Shown piece after piece: positions 35,101 to 47,532 of a stretch of DNA of 64,000 nt. Below the pieces are notes generated by a model. It did not search any database. It worked only from the letters and a program-made list of their open reading frames with translations, and had not been told where the DNA came from. Numbering within the stretch: position 1 is the first letter of the stretch; every line of letters starts with the position of its first letter. Where the stretch lies: NCBI GenBank assembly GCA_964276515.1, contig OZ193909.1, positions 12,524,001 through 12,588,000 on the forward strand, read 5' to 3'. This DNA is from Gordius albopunctatus. Taxonomy: Eukaryota. The position numbers were made by a program, and so were the translations under genes.

Positions 35101-38100
35101 GAACAATCTTATGTCTTCCACCAGCCTACCAGGGAGCAAGGAGTTTGATAATCTATATATATAAAGTAAAGTTTATGTATGTGTGTATGTATGAAAGTAT
35201 GTAAGGAATAAATTCTGAAACTACCGGCCCAATTCGCTCGAAACTTTACCCGTAGGTTCCCAGGGCGGCCAGAGGCAAAATAGCTTTTTCAGAATCCTAA
35301 AATTCCTTTTAGTTTTAAAAATATCAGACATTTCCCGGCCAGTTTAATTTATAGCAGCATATACAATAATGACGTCATATATACGAGGCTGAAGTTTTCC
35401 GAATTAGATATTTAAAACTATAATAAAAATGTTACAGTATATGGTCAAAATTATTGGTGTTTAACAAACTATTTAATTTAAATAAATAATATTTAAATTA
35501 ATAGCTTTTGCAGAATCCTAAAATTCCTTTTAGTTTTAAAAAAGGGATAAATTCTGAAACTATCGGCCCAATTCGCTCGAAACTTTACCCGTAGGTTCCC
35601 AGGGCGGCCAGGGGTAAAATAGCTTTTTCAGATTCCTAAAATACCTTTTCGTTTTAAAAATATCGGACATTGTCCGGCCAGTTTCATTTATAGCAGCATA
35701 TACAATAATGACGTCATATATACGAGGTTGAAGTTTTCTCGAATTAGATATTTAAAAGTATAATAAAAATGTTACAGTATACGGTCAAAAATATTGGGGT
35801 TTAACAAACTATTTAAATTAAATAAATAATATTTCGATTATTATCACGTGGTCGATCATGGGAGCATATTTTTAATAATAATTATCCATCCTTCAATTAA
35901 TTATTTTATTATATTAAAGAAAATTGTATTTCAAATAAATCAGCTAACTAGAAAAATAAAATAATGGTATTATTGTATAATAAGTAACAGCATTGATCAG
36001 CAATTTTTTCAAAAACATTTAATTTTAGTCGGATTTGATGACTAAAACAGAATTCGCATTTGGTTTGTCTTATTATATATATACTAGTAATAGTGGGTTC
36101 ATAAAATGCATGACGTGATAAAATTCGTGCTCTAAATAAATATTATGGATATTTTATTTATTTGAATTATTATTTCATATATGACCCCATTTTAGATAAG
36201 TCTTATTAATAGATTATACTTATTTAACCACTTAAGGACTGAGCCAAAGCAACGCTTGGCCGGGCACAGATAGTGCTTTATAAAGGACAAAATAATTATT
36301 TTTTCGTTAAATATATGAGAATTTTTGAATTTCTGGAGACACTATTCCTTTATGCCTTTTTCAGGGTATGTCTTGAGTTTCCCCATATCCTTTTTAGTAT
36401 GTCTGTTCTTTTAATTTTTTTCTTGGTTTGCATTTAGCTTAGCTCGTTCACATTTATTATTACGATTTTTAATCATCCTCGCCCATTCAAATATTTTTTG
36501 ATGTACGTGGGGTAAGTTTTCCTTACTTTACCAGCGTCCAAAGTCTATGGCTGACATTGTTGGACATATGCGCTACTCTCAGTGAACGGGCTCAGGTACG
36601 ACTCGCGACGAGGAAAGAAAAGGAGGATTCGCCCGAGGAGATTCAAATGGATGGCAGTATCATAAGTGGTAGTCAGAAGTACAGCGCCCTGGCTACTTGT
36701 ATCCAGCTCGTACCACTAGCCCTCAACCGAATTTCGCTTTATTGCCTCGACCCTTACAATCAAAACATAGCACAAGCGATGCTAAAACTTATTTTCCGAT
36801 TTCATGACGAGGAAGGGGAAGGTCTCCTACCCCCGTTTGCCTCTTCATTCGATCGTATCGTTCAAACGCCCGTTCCCAAGGAAGTTATCGTGCCCTACGC
36901 TAGTTCGCACAACACTTGGAAAAACAACAACAAAAGCACGGTGCCCTGCAAAGATGCCCATAGTTACAACCCTCAAGAAACGTCCATAACACTCAACAGT
37001 TGTTTTCCCGCGCTAGAATTGACACCGGTTCAAGACGGCGTTTTTATGTCTTGCTTCGAAATTTGTCGAGTGAGCAGCCCCTTTAATTTAACATTTATTT
37101 TTATAGGGCCATAATTCTACTTTATACATCCTTTTGGGTTTGGATTAAAACATTCTTAATTGGTTTATAACATATTCTTCTATGTAAAATAATTTGTTGA
37201 ATACTAATATATAAGTTAAAAGCGTATCGTCGAGATTCGTAAAAACCGGATTTAATAACGCTGCCACATGTGATTTTTAGCAAGTAAGTGGCCATCTTTT
37301 AAGTTTTTGGTGAGGCTTCGAATGAAAGGAGATATAAGCTCCATTAAATATCGCGAAACTTTTGAATTCAATCCAAGCTTACTTTCTTTTTTGATAATGA
37401 TTTGGAAATAATTTTGAAGGTTTATTGTCAAGTTTCCTTATTTTAAATATTTGCTAGAAGCCTTGTTGTTTGTGAAGTTTTATATTAATGGAATTCTTAT
37501 TTTATTCAAATCGTTACCAATTGCTGTAAAATAATTTTGGGTATATAATTTTGAATATAAATTTTTGAATAAATTTCTTGAAAAATTATAAAGCACTAAT
37601 TAATGATTAAAGTTGTTTATTTCCCATCTTTTATATATGCGTACCTATATTTAATAACTTTTTTAGTTGGTTGAAAGCCTGGCAACAGCCAAAGATCGCG
37701 ATATGGAAGTTAGTTTTGTGGTGGGCCGTGCACAGGCGAGTCTGATAAAAACAATGCTCCGTTTTGCGGGGTTTATGTGGCGTAATCCTGAATCCATTAA
37801 AAACCTTTCAAAAAGAAGTGAATCGGGGATACTTTACTTCGATTACACCTCAACCTTAATTCAGTCCCCTAACTCGCTTAACGTGAGTCATTCTTCACCT
37901 TTCCTTAATCATTTTTAAAAAATTGAAATGGATTCTTATTTTAGTGTCGATGGGTTTTGCCGGTTTTGGAAAATTTTGGTTCGAAATGTGCCCGTTTATT
38001 GGGCGCCACCTACGTATCCTGTAACGAAAAAGCCAAACTCGATCTATGCATGCCTATTATTAAAGTATCACGCGCTTTAACACTGGGCAATTACTAAACA

Positions 38101-41100
38101 AATAACATTGGTCTCAACAGATAATGAACTTATAAATTAATAGGCAAACTGTTGGCAGATTCTGGTAGAGTTTTTTACGGTGAAACATATATTTTAGTTT
38201 TTTGCCTATGCGTCAAGCTTTTGAAATATTTGCTGTCAAATGGATTCCTCTCTCCTTTATTTATAAATATTATTTATTAAATTAAAATTTTACCGATTAA
38301 TTTGCACGTTATTGACGTTTGAAAAATGCCAAAATCGCTGTTTTCAACAACTTTGACAGCAAATATTTAAAAAATTTGGCGTATAAGGGAAAAAGCTAAA
38401 AATATATTTGTGTTTTTCATAGATACATTTTCGGGAATTGTCGAGGGTGTTAAAAAATTATTGTAGTTAATATAATATTTCGTCCTCATAGAGGACATCG
38501 TCAGATAAGTTAAATAGATTGAAATAACTAAATAGAATGTTCTTTTGGTAGTGATAAATGAGTGTGTTGCAAACAGCTTGCCGGTCGATTTTTCTTGTTG
38601 AATAGTGTATTTATTGATCTATAATGTGCTGTAAAGTATGATTATGCATTAAACTGGGAATCCACTTGGTTATTTGCTTTAAGATTGACTCTATAATTTA
38701 TTATATCTAACCAATCTGTTGTTGACTTTTTTACAGTTTGTGGAGGAGGGTATCGAGTACAAACAAAGCTTGGGCAAACATTATTGTAACTTGTTGTGGG
38801 AAACGATGCATTTAATTTTCCTTAGCTGTTTACCCTTGCTCAAAACGATTGGTAAGAAAAACTTATACTCGATTCATCCCTGACAATAGTGATCGTTAAA
38901 AATTGATTTTTGATCTTAAGGTGGCGATAAAATTAGAGAAAGCAATATTTACGAAGCCTTACTCTCTCTCCTCCAAAAGTATTTGTTCAGTCAACAAACT
39001 CTAGTTACTACACCACCTCCCTGTCAGGGTCTGCCTTTGGTTAAAAGCACCAAAGCTGTTGACATGTACGGAGAGCTCGAAGTTAAAACTATAACGCACA
39101 TCATTTGCCGCCACGTATTGGAGCTAGATTTGAGTGGTGGTGGTGGTGCTGGTGGTAGCAGCTTTAAAAGTGACGATGGGGATATCAGTAAACTGCCGCA
39201 CCCTTTCCTGACGGGTATCATGAACATACTGGCTAAAGGCTCAACTTACACCCAACTACCCTCCACCAACAACTCTGCCTCCTATTTTAAACCTGATAGT
39301 AAGATTGTGTTCGTACCTACCGAACGCTGGTCTCTCTTTACCTTAAGTTAATTCTGAAACTGGCTTATGGCAACAAGATATGGTATATACCTTAGCTTTT
39401 GGTCAAAGCTTATTTGTTACAAATGCGACATAAAACTTGCAAAATTAACTATTCTATTATAAAATCACTGAGAAGAGGATCTTCCAAAAATGACAACAAT
39501 CCGCGAACCATTTAAAAGTGTATGTGGCTATAAGAATACCACGTCGTCTTTGTCTTAGTAAAAAGGGTACGGAATGTTTAGACGGCGGAGGAGAACCTCT
39601 TCCTAACTCATATTTGTGCGTGGGCGTAGCCAGGATTTTAAATACTGAGTGGCCGGTTGATGTTTTCTTAATTTTATTAATAAATTAGTTAAATATGAGA
39701 ATTTATGAGTTATAAGCCCGTGTACTTTTATGAACTAAGTTTCTTGTAATTTTGTCATGTTGATGTAGGTCGTTTTGCAAATTGTTTTTGCCGTGCGAAA
39801 TTTGGGACCACCTTTAATTCTGTTTTACTTGATAAAACAAATTTTTTTATGCTCGAACCCTATTTTTGTTTAAATTTAACCAGCCTTGGGTAACAGATCG
39901 CATATACCTAAAAATGTCGCACCACCGTTTAGGTTCAGTTCCCCTGGTGAAAGATAGATTTATGGCTGTTTGTTTCGATACCATATGCCGACTAGCCCTG
40001 TCCTCATCGAATAACAAAGTAGTCACATCAATGAAGGGTGGTAGTAGTTGTGGTGGCGTAGTACCGTCGGAATGCATTGCCCTAGCCATATCGTTGCTCC
40101 TCACACGATGCCAGTGCGTTCTTAAGGATTACCTGAAAGACGAAGATGTGTGGGGAAAATGTCCTCTGCCCAGGTTACTTTGTTATTTATATGCTTTTAT
40201 TAGCTAAACAGGAAACATAAGCAATTAAAACGGGTATAAAATTATGTAAAAAAATGGTCTTCAAGTCAAGGGCCATGTGTCAAATAACCATTTTCATTTG
40301 TTAAATTTTTAGTATGAAAACGTCATTGTATCGGCATAAATCTTCCCGAAATTTAAGAATTTATTATTACAGTATGTCTTTTTATGTATTACGCTTATAT
40401 ATGCAACTTTGTTTTCGTGGGGATAAACTTTTTAATCATTAAAAAAATTAAATCAATTTTTTTTCTTGTTAAATTTTTGCAAATTTGTCTCCGCGAGCGA
40501 TCATTTACCCTAAGCAGCTAATGCTCATTTTCCCCCGGCTTTATTTCTATTTTCTACCCAATTATTTTAAAATTTATCCCCTAAATTTCAAGACATTCCA
40601 AGATTATCAATTTAGTGTTAAGTCCTGTTAGAAGATTTGCTAAAAACTCGTGATTGATGAAAGGATATTTATATAAACACTTTTTGGACAGCAGTAAATA
40701 GGGAAATAGGTATTTTTTGATATCTTGTGTTTTTAAAAAACGACAGAGAACATCTGATCAGAACACGAAGTTTGTCAAATTAAATATTGCGAAGTGATCA
40801 AGACTATACAATCTCGATAATTGTAAAAAATAAGTATATAGAAATTGGGAATAAATACCATAAGACCCCCTAGAACGCGCATTAATAAAGGATTAAATTC
40901 AATCATAGTGTTTGATGATTTATGGTGAAGATATTAGTTTTCATTTAAGTTGCCATTTCGCCACATATGGTATGAAGGTGAAATGTCGATATGTTTAACA
41001 AATATTGGGAGAACTATATAACCACCAGAGCTATGACTAATGGGAGTTCATTCCGCCGACTATATCTATCAATATTGACTCAATTCTATTGTAATTTATT

Positions 41101-41774
41101 ATGCCTTAAGGGCTAGTTGGAAAAGTGGGCCTTATAAATTTTTACTCCGCAAGTATAAAATCTATCTTTATGGTGGATTGAAATGTACGAATGGCAGACG
41201 CATTTAGGGGGTAAATTTTTTATTATAGCATTTTCTAAGGTTTTATTGATATGATTTATTATTGTCCCTAAAAGACATCGGTTAAAATATTAAAGTTGCC
41301 AAAATGATGTGAGAAAGAATATTAAGGACTTAAATTTACTATGAAAAACTTGTATCTTATGATCTTATAAATTAAATATTTACAGAATGCGACTCTTAGA
41401 AATCACGTCAAGTTTAACGGCCTTGACCAAGCTCCTGGCATTTATCAAACAAAATGACTTGCCAGGCGATTGCGGTAATGATTCCGACACCTAAAACCTT
41501 TTTACTAATAACATCAGACTTAATAGTTATTTTCTAAAACATAAGTTATGTTAATGTGCATTATTTTGATGTAGTTAACGAAAATATCTGGCAACAAATC
41601 ACGGACTTGTATACGGTATTGGTCGATTGCATGCTCTCAAATTCGAGACAAATCTGTTCTTACCTACAGACCGCACTACGACAATACTCCGGTTTCATGT
41701 TGGCGCCCGCAGCATTTAAAACTTCTACCAGCAAGAAAAAATCAATCATTCCAAACTCTTCTCCTATTTTATAA
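17287..41774 (+). CDS. MON2: Protein MON2 homolog (Sec7/ARF-GEF-like endosome-Golgi trafficking scaffold), 29 coding exons
   Basis: GT-AG exons that join in frame: 17287-17373, 17410-17589, 17626-17923, 21487-21575, 22103-22228, 22572-22814, 23597-23721, 23812-23963, 24458-24608, 25115-25302, 25975-26053, 27313-27485, 28308-28393, 28910-29014, 29420-29658, 30699-30786, 31563-31820, 32228-32459, 32901-33115, 33567-33821, 34197-34404, 34900-35050, 36535-37069, 37667-37882, 38737-38851, 38921-39298, 39897-40173, 41386-41474, 41575-41774. MON2 signature peptides: [101 protein letters not shown] near 42004. Confidence 0.95.
18672..20181 (-). mobile_element. Composite non-autonomous Helitron in MON2 intron 3
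   Basis: 5' TC end and body of family B (19424-20181), a G/C-run MITE fragment (19170-19421), and the 3' hairpin-CTAG end of family A (18672-19169). Confidence 0.75.
20003..20158. repeat. (TACA)n microsatellite
   Basis: About 150 bp of mostly perfect TACA repeats near the Helitron 5' end. Confidence 0.98.
24920..25088. mobile_element. Degenerate ~160-bp CATGGGCGTAGCC-family MITE
   Basis: Ends GGCTATGCCCATG; body similar to 49931-50085, 58547-58707 and 63697-63860. Confidence 0.7.
25409..25781. mobile_element. Old MITE with GGGCCCGG subterminal repeats
   Basis: CAGAGCCCAGA...TCTGGCCTTTG ends; flanks AGAGGTAT/ATCGGTAT (6/8 match); similar to 1-272. Confidence 0.5.
26308..26897. mobile_element. 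Probable degenerate MITE with GGTTCGGGT subterminal repeats
   Basis: TAGAGGCTTGC...GTAGGCTCCTA ends; (T)CGGGT clusters at both ends; no clear TSD. Confidence 0.4.
29857..30234. repeat. Imperfect inverted repeat (~90-bp arms), MITE-like, intronic
   Basis: AAAAGCGAAGTGAAT...CATATATCA at 29857-29949 is inverted at 30142-30234. Confidence 0.8.
35152..36273 (+). mobile_element. Non-autonomous Helitron (family B) with an internal ~330-bp duplication
   Basis: A|TCTATATATATAAAG 5' end; GCCAAAGCAACGCTTGGC hairpin then ATAG|T (variant of CTAG); homologous to 19424-20181. Confidence 0.8.
38185..38405. repeat. Imperfect inverted repeat, intronic
   Basis: AAATATTTGCTGTCAAA versus TTTGACAGCAAATATTT, with extended flanking complementarity. 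Confidence 0.55.
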
Positions 41775-42127
41775 AAGTTCAATGGAGGGGGGGGGAGTTT
41801 TTTAAATTAACCTAAACGAAACCAACCACTCTGCGCTAACTATTTTTAACTGTTTTCCTCGACGGTGTATTTATTACGGACTTGTTTACGCTGAAATTTT
41901 AATATTTATCACACCACACCTATACATATTTCTGAATTTGTTAAGGGTATCGCCGGTACATTCTTTGTAAAACAATGCAGCACACGTTTAAAGCACTCAC
42001 ACAAATAAAATTAAATTCCATTTTTAGATTGTGCACAACAAGAAACTTTTAGTACTTTGGAAATTTTCATTACCTTTTATTTTTTGAGTTGAAAAGTTTA
42101 AAGAAAAAATGGACCTATGGAAGGAAC

Positions 42128-43903
42128 TAGGGATGGCACAATGGGAATTTTCGCGGGGAAAATTCCCCTGAAAAATATATTTTTTTAATTAAATATGTAT
42201 GATATAATTTAAGTTATATATTATTTTAATTTACTTTAATCTCAAATTTACCTCGTGGGAACCAATATTTTAAATATTTCCTAATTTATAATTTGTGAAA
42301 ATTTTCTTAAATACTATTAACATCTAGTTGTTAACTTAAAAGATTTTGCAATCTACACTAAATTTAATTATCTCAATAATCAGGTAAAACAATATACCCT
42401 TATAGTTACATTAACAATTAGTTCTCTAGTGTAAAATTCTTTCCATATAAGGTAAATTTACACATGCTTGTAAATTTAATTCAATGTTTAGCAAAATCAT
42501 TTAAATTTTATATTGCCATTTTACTCTAAATCTTAAAATATTATATACCAACTTAATAGTAAGTATAAGTAATATTTAAAAAATATATCAACTTGTTATT
42601 TAACATTAGAGAATTTGGAATCTACACTGAAATTAATTATTACAATAATCCTAGATAAGCTTTTAAGTTATATTAACAGGTAAATTTACATATGTTTGAA
42701 TATTTAAAATATTTAGCAAAATCTATTATATTTTTATTGCCATTAACTGTTAAAATATTTTTACCAACTTCAAATCAAGTAATCTTAAATAGATATTTAT
42801 TTTATGCTAGTATTTAATTTTTTGATATAGAAGTATTTGTTATATCTAACTAAATTAAGATTTCTACATTTTATTTAAACTGAATTTACACACAATTCTA
42901 GTAAAAATAACCTGTAATCCTTTGAAAACAATAAATGTAAAAATTTAATATTATTAAACTTATTTTTTTGACTAATAGTTAGTTTTTTTTACTAATAGAT
43001 GCCAAGAAAAACATCTGACATTTGGAAACATTTATCTTCAAATAAGAAAGGTTGTATTGCTGTTTGCAATTATTGCAATTTAAAATATACATTTCCAAAC
43101 TCAACCAAAATGACAAATCATATAGCTAAGTGCCCAGATTTTATAAAGGAAAAGAATTGTTAAGAAGTTTTCTTAATGCCCCCCTCTCCCCAATCATCAA
43201 TTTGTGAGGTAATGCTTGAAAAATGCCCTATACAACAAACATCTGCTTCATGTGACCCAAAACCATCAACATCCAATATTATTAGTTACTTTGATAGCAT
43301 GACCCAAACTCAGCAAGAGAAATTAGATGAAAAATTAGCATTGGCTATTTACATGTCTAACTGTCCCTTCAATATTATCGAGAATCCATTTTGGAAGGAA
43401 TTTTTCAAACTTATAAAACCTTCATACAAACCCCCTTCCAGAAAGGCCATAGGTGGTCCATTGCTAGATAAACAATTTGACAAGATAACGATGATTATAA
43501 ATGAAAAAATTAACTCTGCCTCAAATTTTACATTAGTCAGTGATGGGTGGACGAACATAAGAGGAGAATCAATCATTAACTTCAATTTTTTTAAGTCTAT
43601 TGATACAGGATCAAATGCTCACACTGGAGAATACATATCTGAGGAATTTCTAAAAGTGACGCAAGAAATTGGATCACAAAAGTTTATAGCAATTGTGACT
43701 GACAATGCAAAAAATATGATTTATGATTTTCTTGTATTTGCTTCTTTATATTGTCTGACTAATAAATTTTATTAATCTTAATCATACTCATGAACATTTT
43801 TTTATATTAATTTACCTGTCTTGCTCGTTATTTCCCCTTAATTTCTTGTTTTTTCCCGTCAATTTTCCCTTAATCGAATTTCCCGGGAAAATATCCATCC
43901 CTA
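42128..43903 (+). mobile_element. Internally deleted hAT transposon
   Basis: TIR TAGGGATGG/CCATCCCTA; perfect 8-bp TSD GAAGGAAC; GGGAAAA subterminal repeats. Confidence 0.95.
42999..43775 (+). pseudogene. Truncated hAT transposase (BED zinc finger + start of catalytic core)
   Basis: IWKH...CNYC...NHIAKC; YKPPSRK; LVSDGWTN; IVTDNAKNM; disrupted near 43160; C-terminal half absent. Confidence 0.9.
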
Positions 43904-44574
43904 GAAGGAACCTTAATCTTTTCCAATATAAATAAAAAATGCCGTGGGAATATAATCTCAAAAAGGTTAAAATCGCCAGTTTTGCACCTTCAACGTCGTT
44001 GATTTAAAAAACTCAAAATTTTGGGAAAAAAACTAAACATATTGTTCAGCGTAAAGTTTTCTCAGTATTATAGGTCCGATTGCGGGATGGTTTTTTGCAG
44101 ACCTATGTAATTAGCACTTAACAATCCAGGATTAAACAACCATTTGCCATGGCAATTTCGATTTATTTTCTCTATAAAAATTCTATGCTACAGAAAATCA
44201 TGCATGTAATTTGTGTGGGTTTTATGTACACATAATAAGGGGAGTTAATTGTGTATAAAAGTTGTTGTTTTTACATATTTAAGTATAATATAAAAAAAGT
44301 TTGGCGCATATTGTGTGTAGTAAGTAGATGGCTACGTGTAATTTTTTAGGTTGCAATATGGAGGGATGAGTAGTACATACATTGAAATGTTTCAAAATCA
44401 GTAAGGACAATAGATTAAAATTGCAAATATTGTAAAATTTTATAAATGGTGACTGAGCAGTTCCCTCATTGTGTAATATAAGTTTAGTAAGGAGAGGACG
44501 TGTTACAAAATTGTAACGGGTATAATATGATTATATATAAGGATATTTTTATTTTTTTGAGGGCTATAATATTT

Positions 44575-44779
44575 GAGTGTTGTAAAAACGGCTCGGTTTC
44601 GTTTGGTTGACCTTTGATTTTAGTCGACTAAACAGCAACAAACCAAAAAATTTTTAGTCTGTTTTTCTTAATCGCATAAATGGACCAAAGATTTGAGCAA
44701 AAAACCTTTGGTCCATTTATGTTTAGTCGACTAAGACCAAAGGTTGGCCAAACAAAACCCATCCGTTTTTACAACACTG
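44575..44779. mobile_element. ~205-bp MITE
   Basis: TIR AGTGTTGTAAAAACGG / CCGTTTTTACAACACT; partial copy at ~48880-48958. Confidence 0.8.
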
Positions 44780-45422
44780 TATTTGATGATAAAAAATGTA
44801 TGCTCGTATGTATGTGTGGAGATGTAGGTAGTAGTGATAATATTCATAACTTATCGAGAAAGAATATTTTTGATATTTAAAAGATTTAACGTTTTGCCCT
44901 ATAATATATATGGATGGTAGTAAGATTGGGTATATATGTGTATATATTTATTACAGGATATGGCGCTAATCACATTTGTAAATGATGACGAAGAAAAAAA
45001 GTCTAGCACCATGTAATATGGGGCGGGCCGGATTTGCTATTGTGTTGTATAACATGGCATCACAATCATACGCGTAATAATAATAAATATAATGACATCG
45101 CCCCTCACCCCCCCCCCCCCCAAAGAATGACGCAGTAAAAATAAATGAAGATCAAAAGGCTAAAGAAAGATTTGGACATGCTGCTGCTATAGTAATATAA
45201 ATAGGTGTATAAGATGTTTCATTTTAATAACACACACGCACGATTCGATTTATGGAGCCGGAGAAGGAGGGGTATAGGTTAACTAAGTTCGTTTGGTTAA
45301 ATATAACTATTCAAATTAAATAGTAGTAAAGGGCCAGGGTATTTTTACATCATATCTCTACCATTTAGATTTGGGTCTATGATGATGAGATAATTTAGGG
45401 GAGGGGAGAGGGGCCAACACGA

Positions 45423-47303
45423 TTAAGAACAGCATTGCGTACAGGGGCAAGAGTGCGGCGATTTGGCGTTGGTGGCTGGGGGAGGAGGAGGAGGGGGCGA
45501 TGTGTAAACGGGCACGTATACATATTGAAGGTAATGATGCGGCGGCGAAGAGAGCAAATGGTGTTGTTGGTATGAGCAATAAATGGGCTGGTGGGCAAAT
45601 GGATGAGGTGGGTGGTGATAACGCGGGCCAGAGCTTAGGTAGAGGGGACACGGCGAGGGACAAGCAACTATCTGGTTGAGCGAGGTGGTGTTTGGACTAG
45701 GGAGGTCGGTAGTGGTGGTAGTGGTAATGGTTTTGCTGGCTTCTTGTTCGATAGATTTAGCCGAGGAGGAAGAACAGCAGGGAGTTTGATGGTAGTGGTT
45801 GATAGTTGATGAAATGATATTTACGAAAGTGGTAAGGAGCGGATGAAATTTTGGGTAAGCAGAGGTGGCGGTGGTCGATGGGGGGAAGGGATAATGGTAA
45901 CGCACGTTGAAAAACATATTTTCGATGAGCCTCAAAATTTCCCTGCGTTCGTGGCCCATGAGGCAAACTGTACTACTATCCACCACGCGATAAAGCGTGA
46001 CGAGATAGCTGTACAGGGTGCGATGATCTTGGGTGAAATGGTTACGGAGGTAGGAATCCAATTTATTTTCCTGCTTCCTCAAGTCCCCAAAATCGATGAA
46101 AAAACGGGAACACATATACTTTTCCAACGACTTTACGTCCGTGCTCGGGGCCGGAGTGTAGCCTTGCACCAGAAGATTACAGTACTTAAGCAGGCCGCCA
46201 CCCCGAATTTCTTCGGGACGGACCGTGGCGATAAGCTTATTTTTCAAATGTTCCAAGGCTTCCCAAAAATTACCGTAAACGCTCTCGCACACGATTTCGA
46301 TAGGTTGGGTGGTGGGACTACTTCTAAATATGTCATCTTCACATTCGTCCGTATACTGTTGGTCGTCGTCGTCGAAAAAGTTATTTTGTAAGGCATCCAA
46401 CAATGGATCGAGAATGATTTGAAAAGAATCCACGCTAAATTCGAATTGCCTCTTCATGCTAGCCACGAATTTGAGTTCCAAATTACGGCCCCGATCGTTG
46501 TTCAGCGCGAGTAGGCTCCACAAATCGCCGCCCGCGCACACCTTGACCATCTTGTGGATGTAGGCTTCGCGCAAGAATTCTTGATTAACTTGTTCGGCCT
46601 GGTGGTGGTACCCCAAACCCGATGCCAAATCTAAGCTGCTACCCTTCCCGCTACTCGAACTACTCCTATGGCCATTACTACTAGAATTGCAATTACTAGA
46701 GCTAGAAGTGGTACTGCTATCGCTGATAACGCTTTCGGTATCGAGTTCTTTAGTGGTAGGCTCGGTCGTCCCAGCGCCACGAGTATTAGAAGAAGCGTTA
46801 AAACGCTTGAGAAATATGAGTAAGATCGTCTCCATCACTATGTGCTTGATGCGTTCCATATCCTTGCTCGAACCCAGTTTCACGAAGTAAATCAAGTCGA
46901 GATCGTTATAATCGGCCCGGTGCAGTAGGACGTGGTTAGCGGCGCCCCCATTGATCCTCACATCCCGGACCACTATGTTGTGATTGATCAATTCGTCCCG
47001 TATCCGACTCACTACATCCTTTAGCCTCACGTTCAGGGTAGGCAACGTATGCGCCAAGGTCGGGTGCGGGTTGACGTAGACGTTAGAATGTAGAAGGTGG
47101 TGGAGTCGTTTGAATTGAGGCTCGTCCAATTTAGTGGCCTGAATTGTATTGCTACTGCTTTTGAGGAGTCCTACAAGCGGTTCCGATGCTGGATAGTAGG
47201 TAGGCGAAGGTGGGGTAGTCCCTTTAATGTCACCAGGGCTAGGGCAAAGCGCAGCTACGGGGCTGGGGGGACGAGGAGTCATTAGGAGCGTATCGTTTGC
47301 CAT
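45423..47303 (-). CDS. TENT5: Terminal nucleotidyltransferase 5 (FAM46 family non-canonical poly(A) polymerase), single coding exon, 626 aa
   Basis: VRINGGAANHVL, YNDLDLIYF, EAYIHKMVKV, WSLLAL, GRNLELKFV, RQFEFSVDSFQI, PEEIRGGGLLKYC, YMCSRFFIDF, STVCLMGHERR; first ATG at 47303; splice acceptor TTTAG at 47359. Confidence 0.96.
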   Translation of the reverse strand: MANDTLLMTPRPPSPVAALCPSPGDIKGTTPPSPTYYPASEPLVGLLKSSSNTIQATKLDEPQFKRLHHLLHSNVYVNPHPTLAHTLPTLNVRLKDVVSRIRDELINHNIVVRDVRINGGAANHVLLHRADYNDLDLIYFVKLGSSKDMERIKHIVMETILLIFLKRFNASSNTRGAGTTEPTTKELDTESVISDSSTTSSSSNCNSSSNGHRSSSSSGKGSSLDLASGLGYHHQAEQVNQEFLREAYIHKMVKVCAGGDLWSLLALNNDRGRNLELKFVASMKRQFEFSVDSFQIILDPLLDALQNNFFDDDDQQYTDECEDDIFRSSPTTQPIEIVCESVYGNFWEALEHLKNKLIATVRPEEIRGGGLLKYCNLLVQGYTPAPSTDVKSLEKYMCSRFFIDFGDLRKQENKLDSYLRNHFTQDHRTLYSYLVTLYRVVDSSTVCLMGHERREILRLIENMFFNVRYHYPFPPSTTATSAYPKFHPLLTTFVNIISSTINHYHQTPCCSSSSAKSIEQEASKTITTTTTTDLPSPNTTSLNQIVACPSPCPLYLSSGPRYHHPPHPFAHQPIYCSYQQHHLLSSPPHHYLQYVYVPVYTSPPPPPPPATNAKSPHSCPCTQCCS

Positions 47304-47532
47304 GATGTTGAATCGATTTAGAAGAAGACACGCAATTCGATATGATGGGGGATGCAAGCTAAATATACGACATAAATATAAATCATAGAGATCATCTTTT
47401 TTCCCAAAATTTTATAATACAAGATGTATTTAAGAAAGTTCCAACAATAGGGCTAATTTTCCTTCGAATTACGATTCTTTTTTACGGCGTTAAAAGCAAA
47501 TCCCAAATCAAATCTGCACTTTCTATCATAAT

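Noticed and set aside
45843..46391. 182-aa ORF antisense to TENT5
   Set aside because: Shadow frame of a GC-richer coding strand with no recognisable motif
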